Source of the DNA: an uncultured Actinomycetes bacterium | GTDB taxonomy: Bacteria > Actinomycetota > UBA4738 > HRBIN12 | Direction of reading: 5' to 3' | Assembly: GCA_963734275.1 (NCBI GenBank) | Contig: CAVTGO010000006.1 | Span: forward strand, 15,274 to 79,273 | DNA: 64,000 nt | Shown: positions 9,734 to 20,082 of the stretch, piece after piece | Position numbering within the stretch: the first letter of the stretch is position 1 | Layout of the letters: every line of letters begins with the position of its first letter | The notes under the pieces: generated by a model | What the model saw: only the letters and a program-made list of their open reading frames with translations | What the model was told of the DNA's origin: nothing | The model's database searches: none | Made by a program: the position numbers and the translations under genes

Positions 9734-10222
9734 TCAGGCCGTTATCTCCACATCGAGCCAGCACTCGAAGCTGTTGTTGCGCGCGAGACTCGTTACGCCG
9801 ATGGTCGCGCGGCCCCCGAGTCCGGCTTCTTCACCGAAGACATCGCGGAACAGGTCCGTGCAACCGCTCGAGACCTTATGGATGTCCGTGAACTCAGGGA
9901 CGCAGACGACGAAATTGAGCGACCGGACGATGGATCTCACCCTGTCCAGCGACCCGACCGCCAACCGGATACCGCCGAGGCAATTCAAAGCGGTCTGACG
10001 CGCGGCCTCATACCCCTGCTCGATCGTGAGATCGGCGCCCAATCTGCCCGTGTGGATGAGGACTCCATCGGGGAGCTCGGGCACGTGCCCACTCAGGGTC
10101 AAGAGATTGCCCAAGATGTGATGCGACTTCATGCTCCCGTACGTCAATCCGAAGTACGGCATCTTCGTGAAATCGGGGATCTCGAGACCCATGTCTTCAG
10201 CACGCTTCTCGAAGTCGGGCAT
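9734..10222 (-). CDS. RidA/YjgF-family (enamine/imine deaminase-like) protein
   Basis: About 160 aa, resembling the long RidA subgroup (LSGHVP...GRLGADLTIEQGYEAARQTALN...RATIGVTSLARNNSFE). Confidence 0.75.
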   Translation of the reverse strand: MPDFEKRAEDMGLEIPDFTKMPYFGLTYGSMKSHHILGNLLTLSGHVPELPDGVLIHTGRLGADLTIEQGYEAARQTALNCLGGIRLAVGSLDRVRSIVRSLNFVVCVPEFTDIHKVSSGCTDLFRDVFGEEAGLGGRATIGVTSLARNNSFECWLDVEITA

Positions 10223-10274
10223 ACCCGGCGTCTCCCTTCGTCGGCTCGCGCCTCAACGGCATCGCGGGCCGGGA

Positions 10275-10284
10275 TTGTATACAC
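10275..10284. promoter_or_regulatory. Candidate GntR-type operator TTGTATACAC
   Basis: A/T-rich palindromic core TGTATACA sits in otherwise GC-rich DNA, about 52 nt upstream of the RidA-like start. A CCGGG run is adjacent. Confidence 0.5.
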
Positions 10285-10428
10285 CATCTCGCCTCCATCA
10301 AACCCGGGCCTCTGACCGGCAGAGCGACGAGTGGCGCCCTCTGGATGCATGCAGCCTCCTGCGGCGCGACGACGGCCTCGATCGGCGACGCCGCGTGAAG
10401 ATTCGAACGGTACGGTCAGCTGCAACCG

Positions 10429-11745
10429 CTAGTCGATCAAAGGACGGAGGCGAGCGTCGGCTTCTTGGGACTTCCGGCGGATCTCAGCATTCGAGATCCG
10501 GGTGAGCTCCCGGTCTCGCACGACCACCTCACCGGCGCAGATCACATGACGAACATCGGAGGGCCGTCCGCACCAGACGATCGTATTGAGGAGGTCCTTG
10601 TCGTTGAGGGGGTCTCTGCGGTATGGCTGTAGGTGCAGACCAGTCATGTCCAGGATCGCGATATCCGCAGGGGCACCGACATCGATCAGCCCCGCCCCGG
10701 TGCCCAGGATCGACCCGGCAACCGCTGTCGCCATCTCGAAAACGTCAGCGGAGCTGAGCGCGGTGGGATCCTGGCGTGTGATGCGTTGCAGCATCGCCGC
10801 TGCGCGCATGGCAGCGAACATGTTCAGCTGGAAACCCGAAAGCATTCCGTCCGTTCCCAGCGCCACCTTGATGCCCGCATCTCGAAGATCGACCGCTCGA
10901 CAGATCCCCGATGCGAACCGCATGTTGCTCGTGGGATTGTGGACGACCGAGGTTGAGCTGGCGGCCAGCAGCTCTATCTGCTCATCGGTCAGCCAGTTGC
11001 AGTGAGCCAACAGGGTCCGTGAGGTCAGAAGCCCCGCCGCCGCGAGGCCTTCGGGTTCCGGGGTCCCCCTCTTCTCTGGGAAGGTTCGTATCTCGTACTC
11101 GCTCTCCGCCATGTGGGTGTGGATCCCCAGATCGTGCTCCCTCGCAACGGCTGCCACCTTCCCCATGCCCTCCAAACTCGTCGTCAAGGGGCTGTCGAAA
11201 CCGCACCACATCTGCACGCGCCCACCCTCTGAGCGATAGGAGGTAACCGACTCGAGGGCGGTGGTCAGGTCATCCAGATCACCTCGCTCGACACCACCAC
11301 CGTCGCCGGCAAGGGGGACGATCCCCGCACGGATCCCGAGGGCCTCTGCAGCCATCGCCGCGCCGGTGAAACGCCTCGTCATCGTGACCGCGCTCGTGAC
11401 TCCCGCAAGCAACAGCTCGCCAAGAGCAACCAGTCCTCCCACGAAGGCGTCGTCCTGCGTCATGTGCCGGGATACGAGATCCACGCGGCGGTGCCAATCG
11501 TGGACGGGCATCCCGTCGCTCAACGCTCGTCCCGGCCGGCAGTGGAGGTGCAGGTTCGCAAGTCCAGGGATCGCTACGCTGTCGGAACAGTCCAGGCGAG
11601 TATCGGCTGCTTGCCGGGAGCTGCGAGACTCGTCTATCTCGGCGATCATCCCGTCGGCCACGTAGAGATCGCAGACCACAGGATCTTCGCGAGCTCCGCG
11701 GAGCAGATGCACGTCCTCGAGGACGACGGATCGCATTCCCGCCAC
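10429..11745 (-). CDS. Metal-dependent amidohydrolase (chlorohydrolase/aminohydrolase-like)
   Basis: IPGLANLHLHC (HxH), HMAESEYE, HCNWL and GTDG motifs of the amidohydrolase superfamily. Confidence 0.85.
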   Translation of the reverse strand: MAGMRSVVLEDVHLLRGAREDPVVCDLYVADGMIAEIDESRSSRQAADTRLDCSDSVAIPGLANLHLHCRPGRALSDGMPVHDWHRRVDLVSRHMTQDDAFVGGLVALGELLLAGVTSAVTMTRRFTGAAMAAEALGIRAGIVPLAGDGGGVERGDLDDLTTALESVTSYRSEGGRVQMWCGFDSPLTTSLEGMGKVAAVAREHDLGIHTHMAESEYEIRTFPEKRGTPEPEGLAAAGLLTSRTLLAHCNWLTDEQIELLAASSTSVVHNPTSNMRFASGICRAVDLRDAGIKVALGTDGMLSGFQLNMFAAMRAAAMLQRITRQDPTALSSADVFEMATAVAGSILGTGAGLIDVGAPADIAILDMTGLHLQPYRRDPLNDKDLLNTIVWCGRPSDVRHVICAGEVVVRDRELTRISNAEIRRKSQEADARLRPLID

Positions 11746-11873
11746 GAGATCAACCCCTCATGTCGACTCGGGTCGGAGGACGATATGCCGACATCGCGAT
11801 CGGTGGCAATTCCCGAGTGGATGGTGCGATCGCCCACCAACCGAGCACCATCGGATCGAGGGCATCTCGGAGT

Positions 11874-13418
11874 TCACATGCCTCTCGCGATGCCGTCCTT
11901 GCGGGGATCGGAGGCTCCTACGAAGCCACCCTCGCTCCGCAGGACCATCTGAGCACCACCGGCTTCGAACCGCTTCAGTTCGGATACCTCGTGGCCCCGC
12001 GTGCCGAGCGCCTCCATGACTCGCTGGTCATAGGCAGGTTCGAAGGCAACCGAGCGCCCTGAAGTAAACCGGAACCTCGGGGCTGTTACGGCGGCGGTAG
12101 GGGACATCCCTCGATCGAAGAGGTTTCGTATCACTTGGAACTGACCCTGCGGTTGCATGAACCCTCCCACGACCCCGAGGCAGCCGAAGAACCCTCTGTC
12201 ATCGCCGAGCATCGCCGGGATGATCGTGTGGTACGGCCGCTTGCCAGGCTCGGGTCGGTTCACGTGATCCTCGTCCATGACGAACCCCGCGCCTCTGTTG
12301 TGCAGAGCGATCCCGGTACCCGGCACGACGACGCCCGAACCGAATCCCTCGTAGAGCGACTGGATCAGTGAGCAAGAGATGTCGGTGTCGGCGGTTGCCA
12401 CGTACACCGTGTCGCTCGGGTTACCGGCGTGAGCCCAACCGGCTCGGATCAGATCCACGTGTCTGCGCCTGTCGGCGAGGTACTCGGCGGATAGGAGGGC
12501 CGTCACGGGAACGTCATGGAACCGCATGTCGGTGACGAACCGATCGGCATCGGCGAACCCCATCTTCAAGGACTCGATGGCGAGGTGATCCTCAGCGATC
12601 ACGTCGGGAGACTCGAACCCTTCGTAGATCCCAAGCGCTTGAAGCGTGACCAGACCCTGCCCTGGTGGGGGCAACTCGTACACGTCGAAACCTCTGTAGC
12701 GCAGCCGAATCGGCTGGTCCCATTCGGGGCCCGACCACGAGGCCATATCGCCTGCCCGCATGGGTCCACCGGCCGCTTCCACCGTCTCTCCGATCGCTTC
12801 CCCGATCTCCCCGCGATAGAAGCAATCAGCCCCTTCGTCTGCGATGCGTCTCAGCACCTCACCGAGCGCGGGATTGGCGAATCGGTCCCCTTCCTTCGGC
12901 GCCGTCGCAGCCGGAAGGAAGGTCCGCGCAGCCTCCTCGCTCCCCTGGAGCTTCCCGACGCAGGCTGCCCACTCCTCGGCGACGAAGTGGGCGACCGGGG
13001 CGCCTTCGCGCGCCGTTCGTATGGCCGGATCGAGGATCGCCGCCAGGTCGAGGTTCCCGTGCGTCCTGACCAAGTCCTCCCAGCCGGCAACGGACCCCGG
13101 CACCGTGATCGTCCACGGTCCCGCGGTAGGCATCTGTTGGAAACCCGCTGCGTGGAGAGCCTCCATGGAGAGGCCGGCGGGTGCCGGACCGGCGGCGCTG
13201 AGGCAGACGGGAGCCCCGGCACCTTCGAGCCATACCTGAGCGAAGAGGTCTCCTCCGATACCCGTCGACCTGGGATCCACTACGGTGAGCATCGCGGCGG
13301 CGGCGACAGCCGCATCGACCGCATTTCCACCTCGCTCCCACGCGCCCAGCGCCGCCGAAGCGGCCAGCGGGTGGCTGGTCGCAACCATCCTCGGTGTCCC
13401 GTGGTTCATGGCCATCAC
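11874..13418 (-). CDS. ggt: Gamma-glutamyltransferase-family Ntn hydrolase (paralog 2)
   Basis: ATSHPLAASAALGAWERGGNAVDAAVA; SDTVYVATADTDISC...FGSG; PGKRPYHTIIP. Confidence 0.88.
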   Translation of the reverse strand: MMAMNHGTPRMVATSHPLAASAALGAWERGGNAVDAAVAAAAMLTVVDPRSTGIGGDLFAQVWLEGAGAPVCLSAAGPAPAGLSMEALHAAGFQQMPTAGPWTITVPGSVAGWEDLVRTHGNLDLAAILDPAIRTAREGAPVAHFVAEEWAACVGKLQGSEEAARTFLPAATAPKEGDRFANPALGEVLRRIADEGADCFYRGEIGEAIGETVEAAGGPMRAGDMASWSGPEWDQPIRLRYRGFDVYELPPPGQGLVTLQALGIYEGFESPDVIAEDHLAIESLKMGFADADRFVTDMRFHDVPVTALLSAEYLADRRRHVDLIRAGWAHAGNPSDTVYVATADTDISCSLIQSLYEGFGSGVVVPGTGIALHNRGAGFVMDEDHVNRPEPGKRPYHTIIPAMLGDDRGFFGCLGVVGGFMQPQGQFQVIRNLFDRGMSPTAAVTAPRFRFTSGRSVAFEPAYDQRVMEALGTRGHEVSELKRFEAGGAQMVLRSEGGFVGASDPRKDGIARGM

Positions 13419-13424
13419 CGGCGG

Positions 13425-14837
13425 CTAATCGGACACGAGCCCGTGGATCGGCGGCCGTGCTTCGTGGAAGTCGGTCAAAGCCTGATAGCGAGCTGCGGCC
13501 GATAGCGCCGTGGATTCGTCGCGAGCCACGAACTGCAATCCCAGTGGCAGGCCCTCTGACGAGAAACCGGATGGCACGCTGACCGAAACAAGGCCACACC
13601 AACCGATCGGTCCGGTAGCTCGCAGGACATCGGGAACCAGCGGTCGCGTGTCCTCGAATGAGAGGCCTGCCGCAGGCTGAGCGGGTGCCGCCCTTCGAGC
13701 CGCTTCTTCGAACGTGGGGGCTGAGCGGATCGCTGTGGGCACCAACACGACGTCGACCTCGTCGAAGAGCCCGAGGAACTGTTCGCCCAGGCCCTGGAGT
13801 TTCCGCCGGGCGAGCACGAGATCCGCTCCCGTGATCGCCTCGCCTTTGCGAAGGAACGCAGCAGTGTCCTCGGAGTATCGGTCTGCACGCTGCGGGAACC
13901 AACCGGCCTCTTGGTGGAGGGCGAGCATATCCGAGACGACCACCATCTTCCTGGGCACATCCCACTCCCTGAATGGTGCGAGCTGAACGTCGTGGGGACG
14001 AGCTCCCTCGGCCTCCAGGACCTGGGCCGCACGGTAGGTGGCTTTTTCAACCTCCGGTTCTACTTCGAGGATCGTCTGCAGAGGATGCAAGATGCCGATG
14101 TCCATCCCCGAGATAGGCAAGCTCGTGCTCACTTCGGCATCGGCGGCGATGACACGCCATACGAGGGCGAGATCCACCGCGCTGCGAGCCATCGGACCGC
14201 ACGTGTCGTGGGTCCACGAGAGAGGGATGATCCCCTCTGTCGGAACAGAGGCGATACGTGGGCGCAACCCACTAACCCCGCAGAACGCGGCCGGCACCCT
14301 GATCGATCCTCCGCTATCGGTGCCGAGCGCGGCTAGACACTCGCCGGCCGCGACGGCTGCGGCGGAGCCGCCGCTCGAACCGCCCGGGATGCGACTGGGA
14401 TCCCAAGGGTTACGCGTCGGGGGAGTCGTGATCCCAGCTGCGAACTCGTGCGTGGTGGTCTTGCCGATGATCAGCGCCCCGGCCTCTCTCAGCCGTTTGA
14501 CGACGGGAGCATCTTCGGGGATCGGCTCATCATCAAGGACGTGTGAACCCGCGCGGGTGGGCATCCCTTCGACATCGATCATGTCCTTGATCCCCATCGG
14601 GATCCCATGCAGCGGGCTCCGGGGGCCGCTTCTCCGGAGTTCCACGCTCAGCGATTCCGCGTCCCGAGAGGCACGTTCCGCGTCGATGAACGCGAATGCC
14701 CTCACCGTCGGCTCTACCTGCGACATCCGTGAGAGGCACGCCTCGAGGAGGTCGTGGGGAGAGAGTGCCCCTTCCCGCATGGCGTTGGCCGCGTCCTCGA
14801 GAAGGAGGTCGGCTGATCGCTGCATGGGATCAGTCAC
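13425..14837 (-). CDS. Amidase-signature family amidase
   Basis: GGSSGGSAAAVAAGE amidase signature and upstream GIPMGIKD. Confidence 0.9.
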   Translation of the reverse strand: MTDPMQRSADLLLEDAANAMREGALSPHDLLEACLSRMSQVEPTVRAFAFIDAERASRDAESLSVELRRSGPRSPLHGIPMGIKDMIDVEGMPTRAGSHVLDDEPIPEDAPVVKRLREAGALIIGKTTTHEFAAGITTPPTRNPWDPSRIPGGSSGGSAAAVAAGECLAALGTDSGGSIRVPAAFCGVSGLRPRIASVPTEGIIPLSWTHDTCGPMARSAVDLALVWRVIAADAEVSTSLPISGMDIGILHPLQTILEVEPEVEKATYRAAQVLEAEGARPHDVQLAPFREWDVPRKMVVVSDMLALHQEAGWFPQRADRYSEDTAAFLRKGEAITGADLVLARRKLQGLGEQFLGLFDEVDVVLVPTAIRSAPTFEEAARRAAPAQPAAGLSFEDTRPLVPDVLRATGPIGWCGLVSVSVPSGFSSEGLPLGLQFVARDESTALSAAARYQALTDFHEARPPIHGLVSD

Positions 14838-14982
14838 AGCACGCTCCCCCGGCCCACAGCCCTCCGCGGCGCGCCTGAAGAAGGAGCTCGGAGCGAGCGC
14901 GATCCATCACCCGCGCTCGCTCCGTCACCCCTGACCCGACGCCGCTGACGACCAATGAGCTGGCTTGGGATGCGACCAGACG

Positions 14983-16116
14983 TCATCCACCCAGCTCGGA
15001 CACGTCCTCAACCGGACCGCCGAGCATCTCGGTGGCCTGCTCTGCTGGGCCCGGGTCCACCAGATCCTCATACGCCAGCGACAGGGCCGATTCCTCCAGG
15101 AGACCCGAGTCGACGAGGACCTGGATGTCCGTCGTGACGATCTCCTCGGCCAAGGCACTCGCGTCGTAGGGCCATACACCGTTCGTTCGACTGAACTCCC
15201 AAACCGCTCTGGTGAGCTCCACATCCGGCTCGAGAGCGCTCATCTCCGTGGCCCACTCCAGATACATATCGAAGTCGCCTGCGAGGGTTCGGGTGGAATG
15301 CAGGACCATGGCGCAGAACGCGGCGGCTCTGGCAGGGTCCTCCTCGATCCACTCGGTCTTCGCGATGAAGACGCTGCCAACCGCACTATCGATGTCCTGG
15401 GCGGTGACGCTCAGCACGTTGACGTCTGCCTCGTCGCCGAGCTGCTTCGTCAGAGCTTCTTGTTCGAAGAGATCCAGTGAGCCGACATTGATGTCACCTG
15501 AGGCAAGCGCGGCAAGCCGCAGACCACCATCCTCGAGGATGATCACGTTCTCGAGATCGTCAACGGTGAGAGGTTCGCCCGCGTCATCGGTAAGGCCTCT
15601 CGCGCGAAACACATGGTTCATCAGATAGTTGATGAGCCCGCCGGGGCTGTCGATGCCAACACGGATATCGGGATCCGTGATGTCGGCTATGTCGCTGATC
15701 CCGACTCCCATCAGATGCTCGAGTGTGTCTACCTCTTCCGGACAGAAGGCCTTCACATCCTGTCCTTGTTCCACCAGCTGCGGAACGACGATGAAGGTCG
15801 CTTCGAGGACGTCGGCTTCCCCCGAGAAGAAGAGCTGAGTAGCCGTTGCGTGCGACTCGACGGCCTGGATATCGCCTTCGTCCTGGTCGGGGAAGCCGAA
15901 ATCAGCACCGAATCTCCAGGCTCCCGCCTGAGGAACTTTGTCTTCGACCCCGCTGCTTGAGAGCACGATCTTGACCTCGCCGTAATTGGCTTCGCCAGCA
16001 ACCGTGTCCCCCGTAGCACTGGGGTCGTCTTCATCGCCGCCGCATGCGGTCGCGATGAGAACCAGCACTGCCGCCACAGCCAGCAGTTTCGGGGCTCGAC
16101 CTCGCTCAGCCATCAT
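14983..16116 (-). CDS. ABC transporter substrate-binding lipoprotein (NitT/TauT, NMT1-like)
   Basis: Lipobox LIATACGG. It sits in an operon with NitT/TauT-type permeases and ATPase. Confidence 0.75.
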   Translation of the reverse strand: MMAERGRAPKLLAVAAVLVLIATACGGDEDDPSATGDTVAGEANYGEVKIVLSSSGVEDKVPQAGAWRFGADFGFPDQDEGDIQAVESHATATQLFFSGEADVLEATFIVVPQLVEQGQDVKAFCPEEVDTLEHLMGVGISDIADITDPDIRVGIDSPGGLINYLMNHVFRARGLTDDAGEPLTVDDLENVIILEDGGLRLAALASGDINVGSLDLFEQEALTKQLGDEADVNVLSVTAQDIDSAVGSVFIAKTEWIEEDPARAAAFCAMVLHSTRTLAGDFDMYLEWATEMSALEPDVELTRAVWEFSRTNGVWPYDASALAEEIVTTDIQVLVDSGLLEESALSLAYEDLVDPGPAEQATEMLGGPVEDVSELGG

Positions 16117-16208
16117 CTCTCCTCCCGCTCCAGAGGGGCCAACTCGCAGGGCACTCCCGAGACTCCATTCCCGCTAACGAGCCCCAGGCCTCATTCCGCT
16201 GACGGCTC

Positions 16209-16967
16209 TCATACCCCCTTCCATCTCAGAAGCCACCATTCAACGGCTCGGGCGATCAACATCGTGCCGGCCGCGACAACGGTGATGAAGAACACGGCGC
16301 CAAGCAGGACTTCCAGGTTGAAGGAGCTTGCAGCATTCACGATGTAGAGACCGAAGTTGTCAGCACGAAGGAACAGGTCGGCCAGGATGGCTCCCTGGAC
16401 GGAGCGCCCCAGCCCCAGCCTCAGCCCTGTGAGGATGTATGGACTCGCCCATGGGAAGATGATCTTCCGGTACATGCCTCCCCGTGTCACCCCGAAGGAC
16501 CGAGCCATCTCCTTGACATCCGAAGGCACTTCTCTGACGCCGGTCGACGTATTGACGATGATCACGAAGATATTCATGAGAACCGTCAGGAGGATCTTTG
16601 CCGTGGTTTCCAGCCCGGCGTAGATCGAGATGATGGGGATGAACATGACGATCGGCACCGCCCAGCCCGCACTCACCAACGGATCCACCACCCACGACCA
16701 TTTCACCGATACCCCGGTGAGGGTTCCGATGGTCACTCCAAGGGTCGCGCCGACGATGAACGCCCCGACCGCCACGCGCAGTGTCCCGAGAGCCGCCGTG
16801 AGGATCTCTCCGTGGAGGATCTCGTCCCACAGGGCCGGCAGGACCGCACTCGGGGGCCTGACGTAGAAGAGCCCACCAACCGTGCCGAGGGCCTGCCAGA
16901 TGAGGAAGAATGCGAGTATGGAAGTGATCCATCGGGCGATCTGCTTCCAATTGATCCGTCGCCTCAT
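16209..16967 (-). CDS. ABC transporter permease (NitT/TauT type)
   Basis: Six-TM permease-like translation with an EAA-like loop (EMARSFGVTRGGMYRKIIFPWASPYILTGLRLGLGR). Confidence 0.85.
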   Translation of the reverse strand: MRRRINWKQIARWITSILAFFLIWQALGTVGGLFYVRPPSAVLPALWDEILHGEILTAALGTLRVAVGAFIVGATLGVTIGTLTGVSVKWSWVVDPLVSAGWAVPIVMFIPIISIYAGLETTAKILLTVLMNIFVIIVNTSTGVREVPSDVKEMARSFGVTRGGMYRKIIFPWASPYILTGLRLGLGRSVQGAILADLFLRADNFGLYIVNAASSFNLEVLLGAVFFITVVAAGTMLIARAVEWWLLRWKGV

Positions 16968-17827
16968 GGTATGAGGCCCTCGGCTTCCTGGGCTTCCATC
17001 CGAGCGTAGGGCCGCAGGCGCCGTTCCAGCGCCTTCAGCGCCTCGTTGCTGCCAACCCCCAACGCAGCGATCATGAGCGCGATCGCGAAATACGTGTCCA
17101 GCATCCGAAGGGAGCCGCTCTCCACGAGTAACCTTCCGGTGCCGGAGACGATCCAGATCTCGGCGATCACGAACCCCTTGAAGGCCATCCCCAGTCCCAG
17201 CCTGGCTCCCGCCACGACGAAGGGAGCAGCAGCAGGCAGGTAGATCTGCGTGAACATCCTCCGTCGTGTCGTGCAGAACGCTTGGGCCGTTTCAACGAAC
17301 TTCTGATCTACGAACCTCACGCCGGCGGCCGTATTCATAACAGGGAAGAAGAAGGCGAACAGGATGACAACGGCAACGCGGTATCCAAGCTGAGTACCGA
17401 AGGCGATGACGAACAACGGGATCAGTGATTCCTTGCTGGTGACGAACAAGGTGTTGACCCATGGCGAGAAGAAGTCATCAACCACGTGGAAGCGACCCAT
17501 GAGAGCTCCCAAAGGGATGGCGACGACGAGCGCCAATAGATACCCGATGATCATCTGCCGAAGGGATTCCAGGAGCGTCCAGTAGTAGCCGTTCGCGAAC
17601 GCGTCGCCTATCCCGAGGGCCGTTGCTTGCAGCGTGGGGGCGTAGAAGGGTCCCTTGACGATCGCGACGATCTGCCACAGGACGAGAGCTCCCCCCCATA
17701 CCAGCAGTCGCAGCATCCACTTCGTCGAGAGGGCGCGCCTCAAGCGAGACTGGCTCGGGACCCGAAGAGCGCGGTTCTGGTTGCCCGCTCGCAGCTTCGC
17801 CTTGGCCTTCGTGAGCGAATCAGCCAA
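16964..17827 (-). CDS. ABC transporter permease (NitT/TauT type); start uncertain
   Basis: EAA-like loop ETAQAFCTTRRRMFTQIYLPAAAPFVVAGARLGLG. TTG 17827 overlaps the ATPase stop. The ORF to 17953 would overlap the ATPase by 130 nt; ATG 17716 is an alternative. Confidence 0.75.
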   Translation of the reverse strand: MADSLTKAKAKLRAGNQNRALRVPSQSRLRRALSTKWMLRLLVWGGALVLWQIVAIVKGPFYAPTLQATALGIGDAFANGYYWTLLESLRQMIIGYLLALVVAIPLGALMGRFHVVDDFFSPWVNTLFVTSKESLIPLFVIAFGTQLGYRVAVVILFAFFFPVMNTAAGVRFVDQKFVETAQAFCTTRRRMFTQIYLPAAAPFVVAGARLGLGMAFKGFVIAEIWIVSGTGRLLVESGSLRMLDTYFAIALMIAALGVGSNEALKALERRLRPYARMEAQEAEGLIP

Positions 17828-18617
17828 GCTGTTGCTCCCCGTTCCTCCCCGCAGCCCCTCCGCTCTTGAGCTCCTCCCACACCGTTTGCTTGAGCCGAGC
17901 GAATTCGGCTTCTCCGCGGAGTGCGTCCGTCCGAGGCCGGCCGAACGGGACATCGAGCATCCGGATGATGCGACCAGGTCTTGGGCTCATGACCACGACA
18001 AGATCCGACAGGAACAGCGCCTCTTCGATGTCATGCGTGACGAAGATGACCGTCCTGTGATCGCGTTCCCAGATCTGAAGAAGTTCCACCTGAAGCAACA
18101 TGCGGGTTTGATCGTCAACCGAGCCGAAAGGCTCGTCCATGAGCAGGATCTCGGGCTCGATGGCAAGCGCGCGAGCGAGACCGACTCGCTGCTGCATACC
18201 CCCAGAGAGCTGGGACGGATAGTAGGTCTTGAAGTCCTCGAGCTCGACCACTTCGAGCCAATGCTGGGAGCGCTTTCGCCGCTCCTCCTTGTCGACGCCG
18301 AGATTCTCCAAGCCGAACTCCACGTTCCCCAGAACGGTCCGCCACGGTAGGAGGTTGAAGTGTTGAAACACGAACCCGCGATCGAGTGACGGGCCTCGCA
18401 CGGGGATATCTCCTATCTTCACCGACCCTGCTTTGGGCGCGATGAGACCATCGATGATCCGAAGCATCGTTGACTTTCCACATCCACTCGGACCCACGAT
18501 GCTGCAGAAGACTCCGGGCTCGAGAGTCAGGCTGACATCGTCGAGGACATGGATGGTGCCGGACCCACTCGTGCTGAAGGACATGTCCAAGCCGTCGATC
18601 TGCACGCTGAGCGTCAT
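17820..18617 (-). CDS. ABC transporter ATP-binding protein (NitT/TauT type)
   Basis: Walker [10 protein letters not shown], signature LSGGMQQR, Walker B ILLMDEP. Confidence 0.92.
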   Translation of the reverse strand: MTLSVQIDGLDMSFSTSGSGTIHVLDDVSLTLEPGVFCSIVGPSGCGKSTMLRIIDGLIAPKAGSVKIGDIPVRGPSLDRGFVFQHFNLLPWRTVLGNVEFGLENLGVDKEERRKRSQHWLEVVELEDFKTYYPSQLSGGMQQRVGLARALAIEPEILLMDEPFGSVDDQTRMLLQVELLQIWERDHRTVIFVTHDIEEALFLSDLVVVMSPRPGRIIRMLDVPFGRPRTDALRGEAEFARLKQTVWEELKSGGAAGRNGEQQLG

Positions 18618-18676
18618 GTGTGTTTCTCCCCATTCCCCCGGATGCTCGGGCTTGGTCCATCCACGGTCGGACTCGG

Positions 18677-19765
18677 CTACTGGATGAGCGGGGCGATGGC
18701 GTCGAGGTTGTCAAGGATGGGAGCGCTTCCCGTCTCGCGATCCACGACATGGCGGATGACGGCCAGCGAAACGCCAAGCCGCTGGTATTCGCGGATCCTC
18801 TCTCGCACCTTCTCCGGCGTTCCGACAAAGGCGATCTTGCTCAAGACATCGTCGTCCAAGAGCTTGAGTGCGCCATCAACGTCTCCCTTGAGGTAGGTCT
18901 CACGGATCTGCGTATGACGTTCGCCCAGCCCAGCCTTGGCCATCGTGAACTGGTGGTGCTTCTCACGCACGTAGTAGAGGCAAGCCCGCTGCGCTGCCGC
19001 CCGAACCTTCTCGGGATCGGGGTTGGCGGCCATCACCATGCTGGCTCCCATCTTGATCTCGGTTGGATCGCGACCCACCGACTCGGCTCCCTCGCGGAGG
19101 ACCCCTTTGGCCCACTCGATGTATTCCGGCGTAGAGAGCGAGTTGAATACCACTCCGTCCGCATACGCGCCGGTTACGCGAAGGACCTTGGGGCCCGTCG
19201 CGCCGATATAGATCGGCACGCTCACCTGCTGTGCCATATCGCTGGCAGCCCCCCCGATCCCGTGCGTGGCAGGGATCCAGGCGTTGTCCAGTTTGAAGAA
19301 CTCTCCCTCGTACTTCAGTCGCTTGCCCGCGAGGATCCCGCGGATGATCTCGATGTACTCCTTCATCCTCTCTGCCGGCCTCTCCACCTTGACGCCGTGG
19401 TTGGGCTCGATCTTGAGGCGTCCGCCGGTTCCTAGGCCCAAGAGCCGGAACCGCCCTCCCGTGACCTCGTTCAACGTGATGACGGACATGGCCAGGTCGG
19501 TGGGGGTCCGCGTGTAGATCGGAACGATATTCGTGCCGAGATGGATCCGTTTCGTCTCGTTCGCTATCTGAGCGAGCCCTACGAAGCAGTCCCGCACTGC
19601 CGACTGCCCAAGGACGGCATAGTGGACGCCGGCATCCTCGCCGTGCCGGATGGCCGAGATGATGTCTTCCAGAGGGATATCAAGGAGGCTGTAGAACATG
19701 AAGGCGAATTCAAGAGCACGCTCTTCTGCTCTCGGCACAGTGGCGCTCGGGGCGGCCACACTCAT
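18677..19765 (-). CDS. Luciferase-like (LLM) flavin/F420-dependent oxidoreductase
   Basis: LLM-class translation (GGRFRLLGLGTGG..., TIM-barrel pattern). Confidence 0.8.
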   Translation of the reverse strand: MSVAAPSATVPRAEERALEFAFMFYSLLDIPLEDIISAIRHGEDAGVHYAVLGQSAVRDCFVGLAQIANETKRIHLGTNIVPIYTRTPTDLAMSVITLNEVTGGRFRLLGLGTGGRLKIEPNHGVKVERPAERMKEYIEIIRGILAGKRLKYEGEFFKLDNAWIPATHGIGGAASDMAQQVSVPIYIGATGPKVLRVTGAYADGVVFNSLSTPEYIEWAKGVLREGAESVGRDPTEIKMGASMVMAANPDPEKVRAAAQRACLYYVREKHHQFTMAKAGLGERHTQIRETYLKGDVDGALKLLDDDVLSKIAFVGTPEKVRERIREYQRLGVSLAVIRHVVDRETGSAPILDNLDAIAPLIQ

Positions 19766-19819
19766 GACATACGTGGGCTAGGCAAGCCCACCGATACGTG
19801 CACGAGCCACATGCGCGGA

Positions 19820-19829
19820 TTGTATACAA
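19820..19829. promoter_or_regulatory. Candidate GntR-type operator TTGTATACAA (perfect 10-bp palindrome)
   Basis: Lies in the divergent LLM/LLM intergenic region, about 54 nt upstream of the 19765 start. CCCGGG follows. Confidence 0.55.
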
Positions 19830-19882
19830 CCCGGGTCGTTGCCTGTCAAGCGGAGGAGGCGGGGCGGGCTGGAACCACGAGA

Positions 19883-19892
19883 TTGTATACGA
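19883..19892. promoter_or_regulatory. Candidate GntR-type operator, imperfect (TTGTATACGA)
   Basis: Same intergenic region, 63 bp from the perfect site. Confidence 0.4.
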
Positions 19893-20082
19893 TGCTCGGA
19901 GAATGCTTCGGTCGCAACCGGGTCCCCACAACCGAGGTCGCTGCTTCCTTTGCGCGAGAAACCTGTTCGCTTTCGACGCGCCACCCCGCACACCAACGCT
20001 GGCACTGACCGCCTTCCAGAGCGGAGACGGGCCAGCATGACTGGTCCAACTCGAAGCGCAAGGTTGTGACCATGGAGGGCCT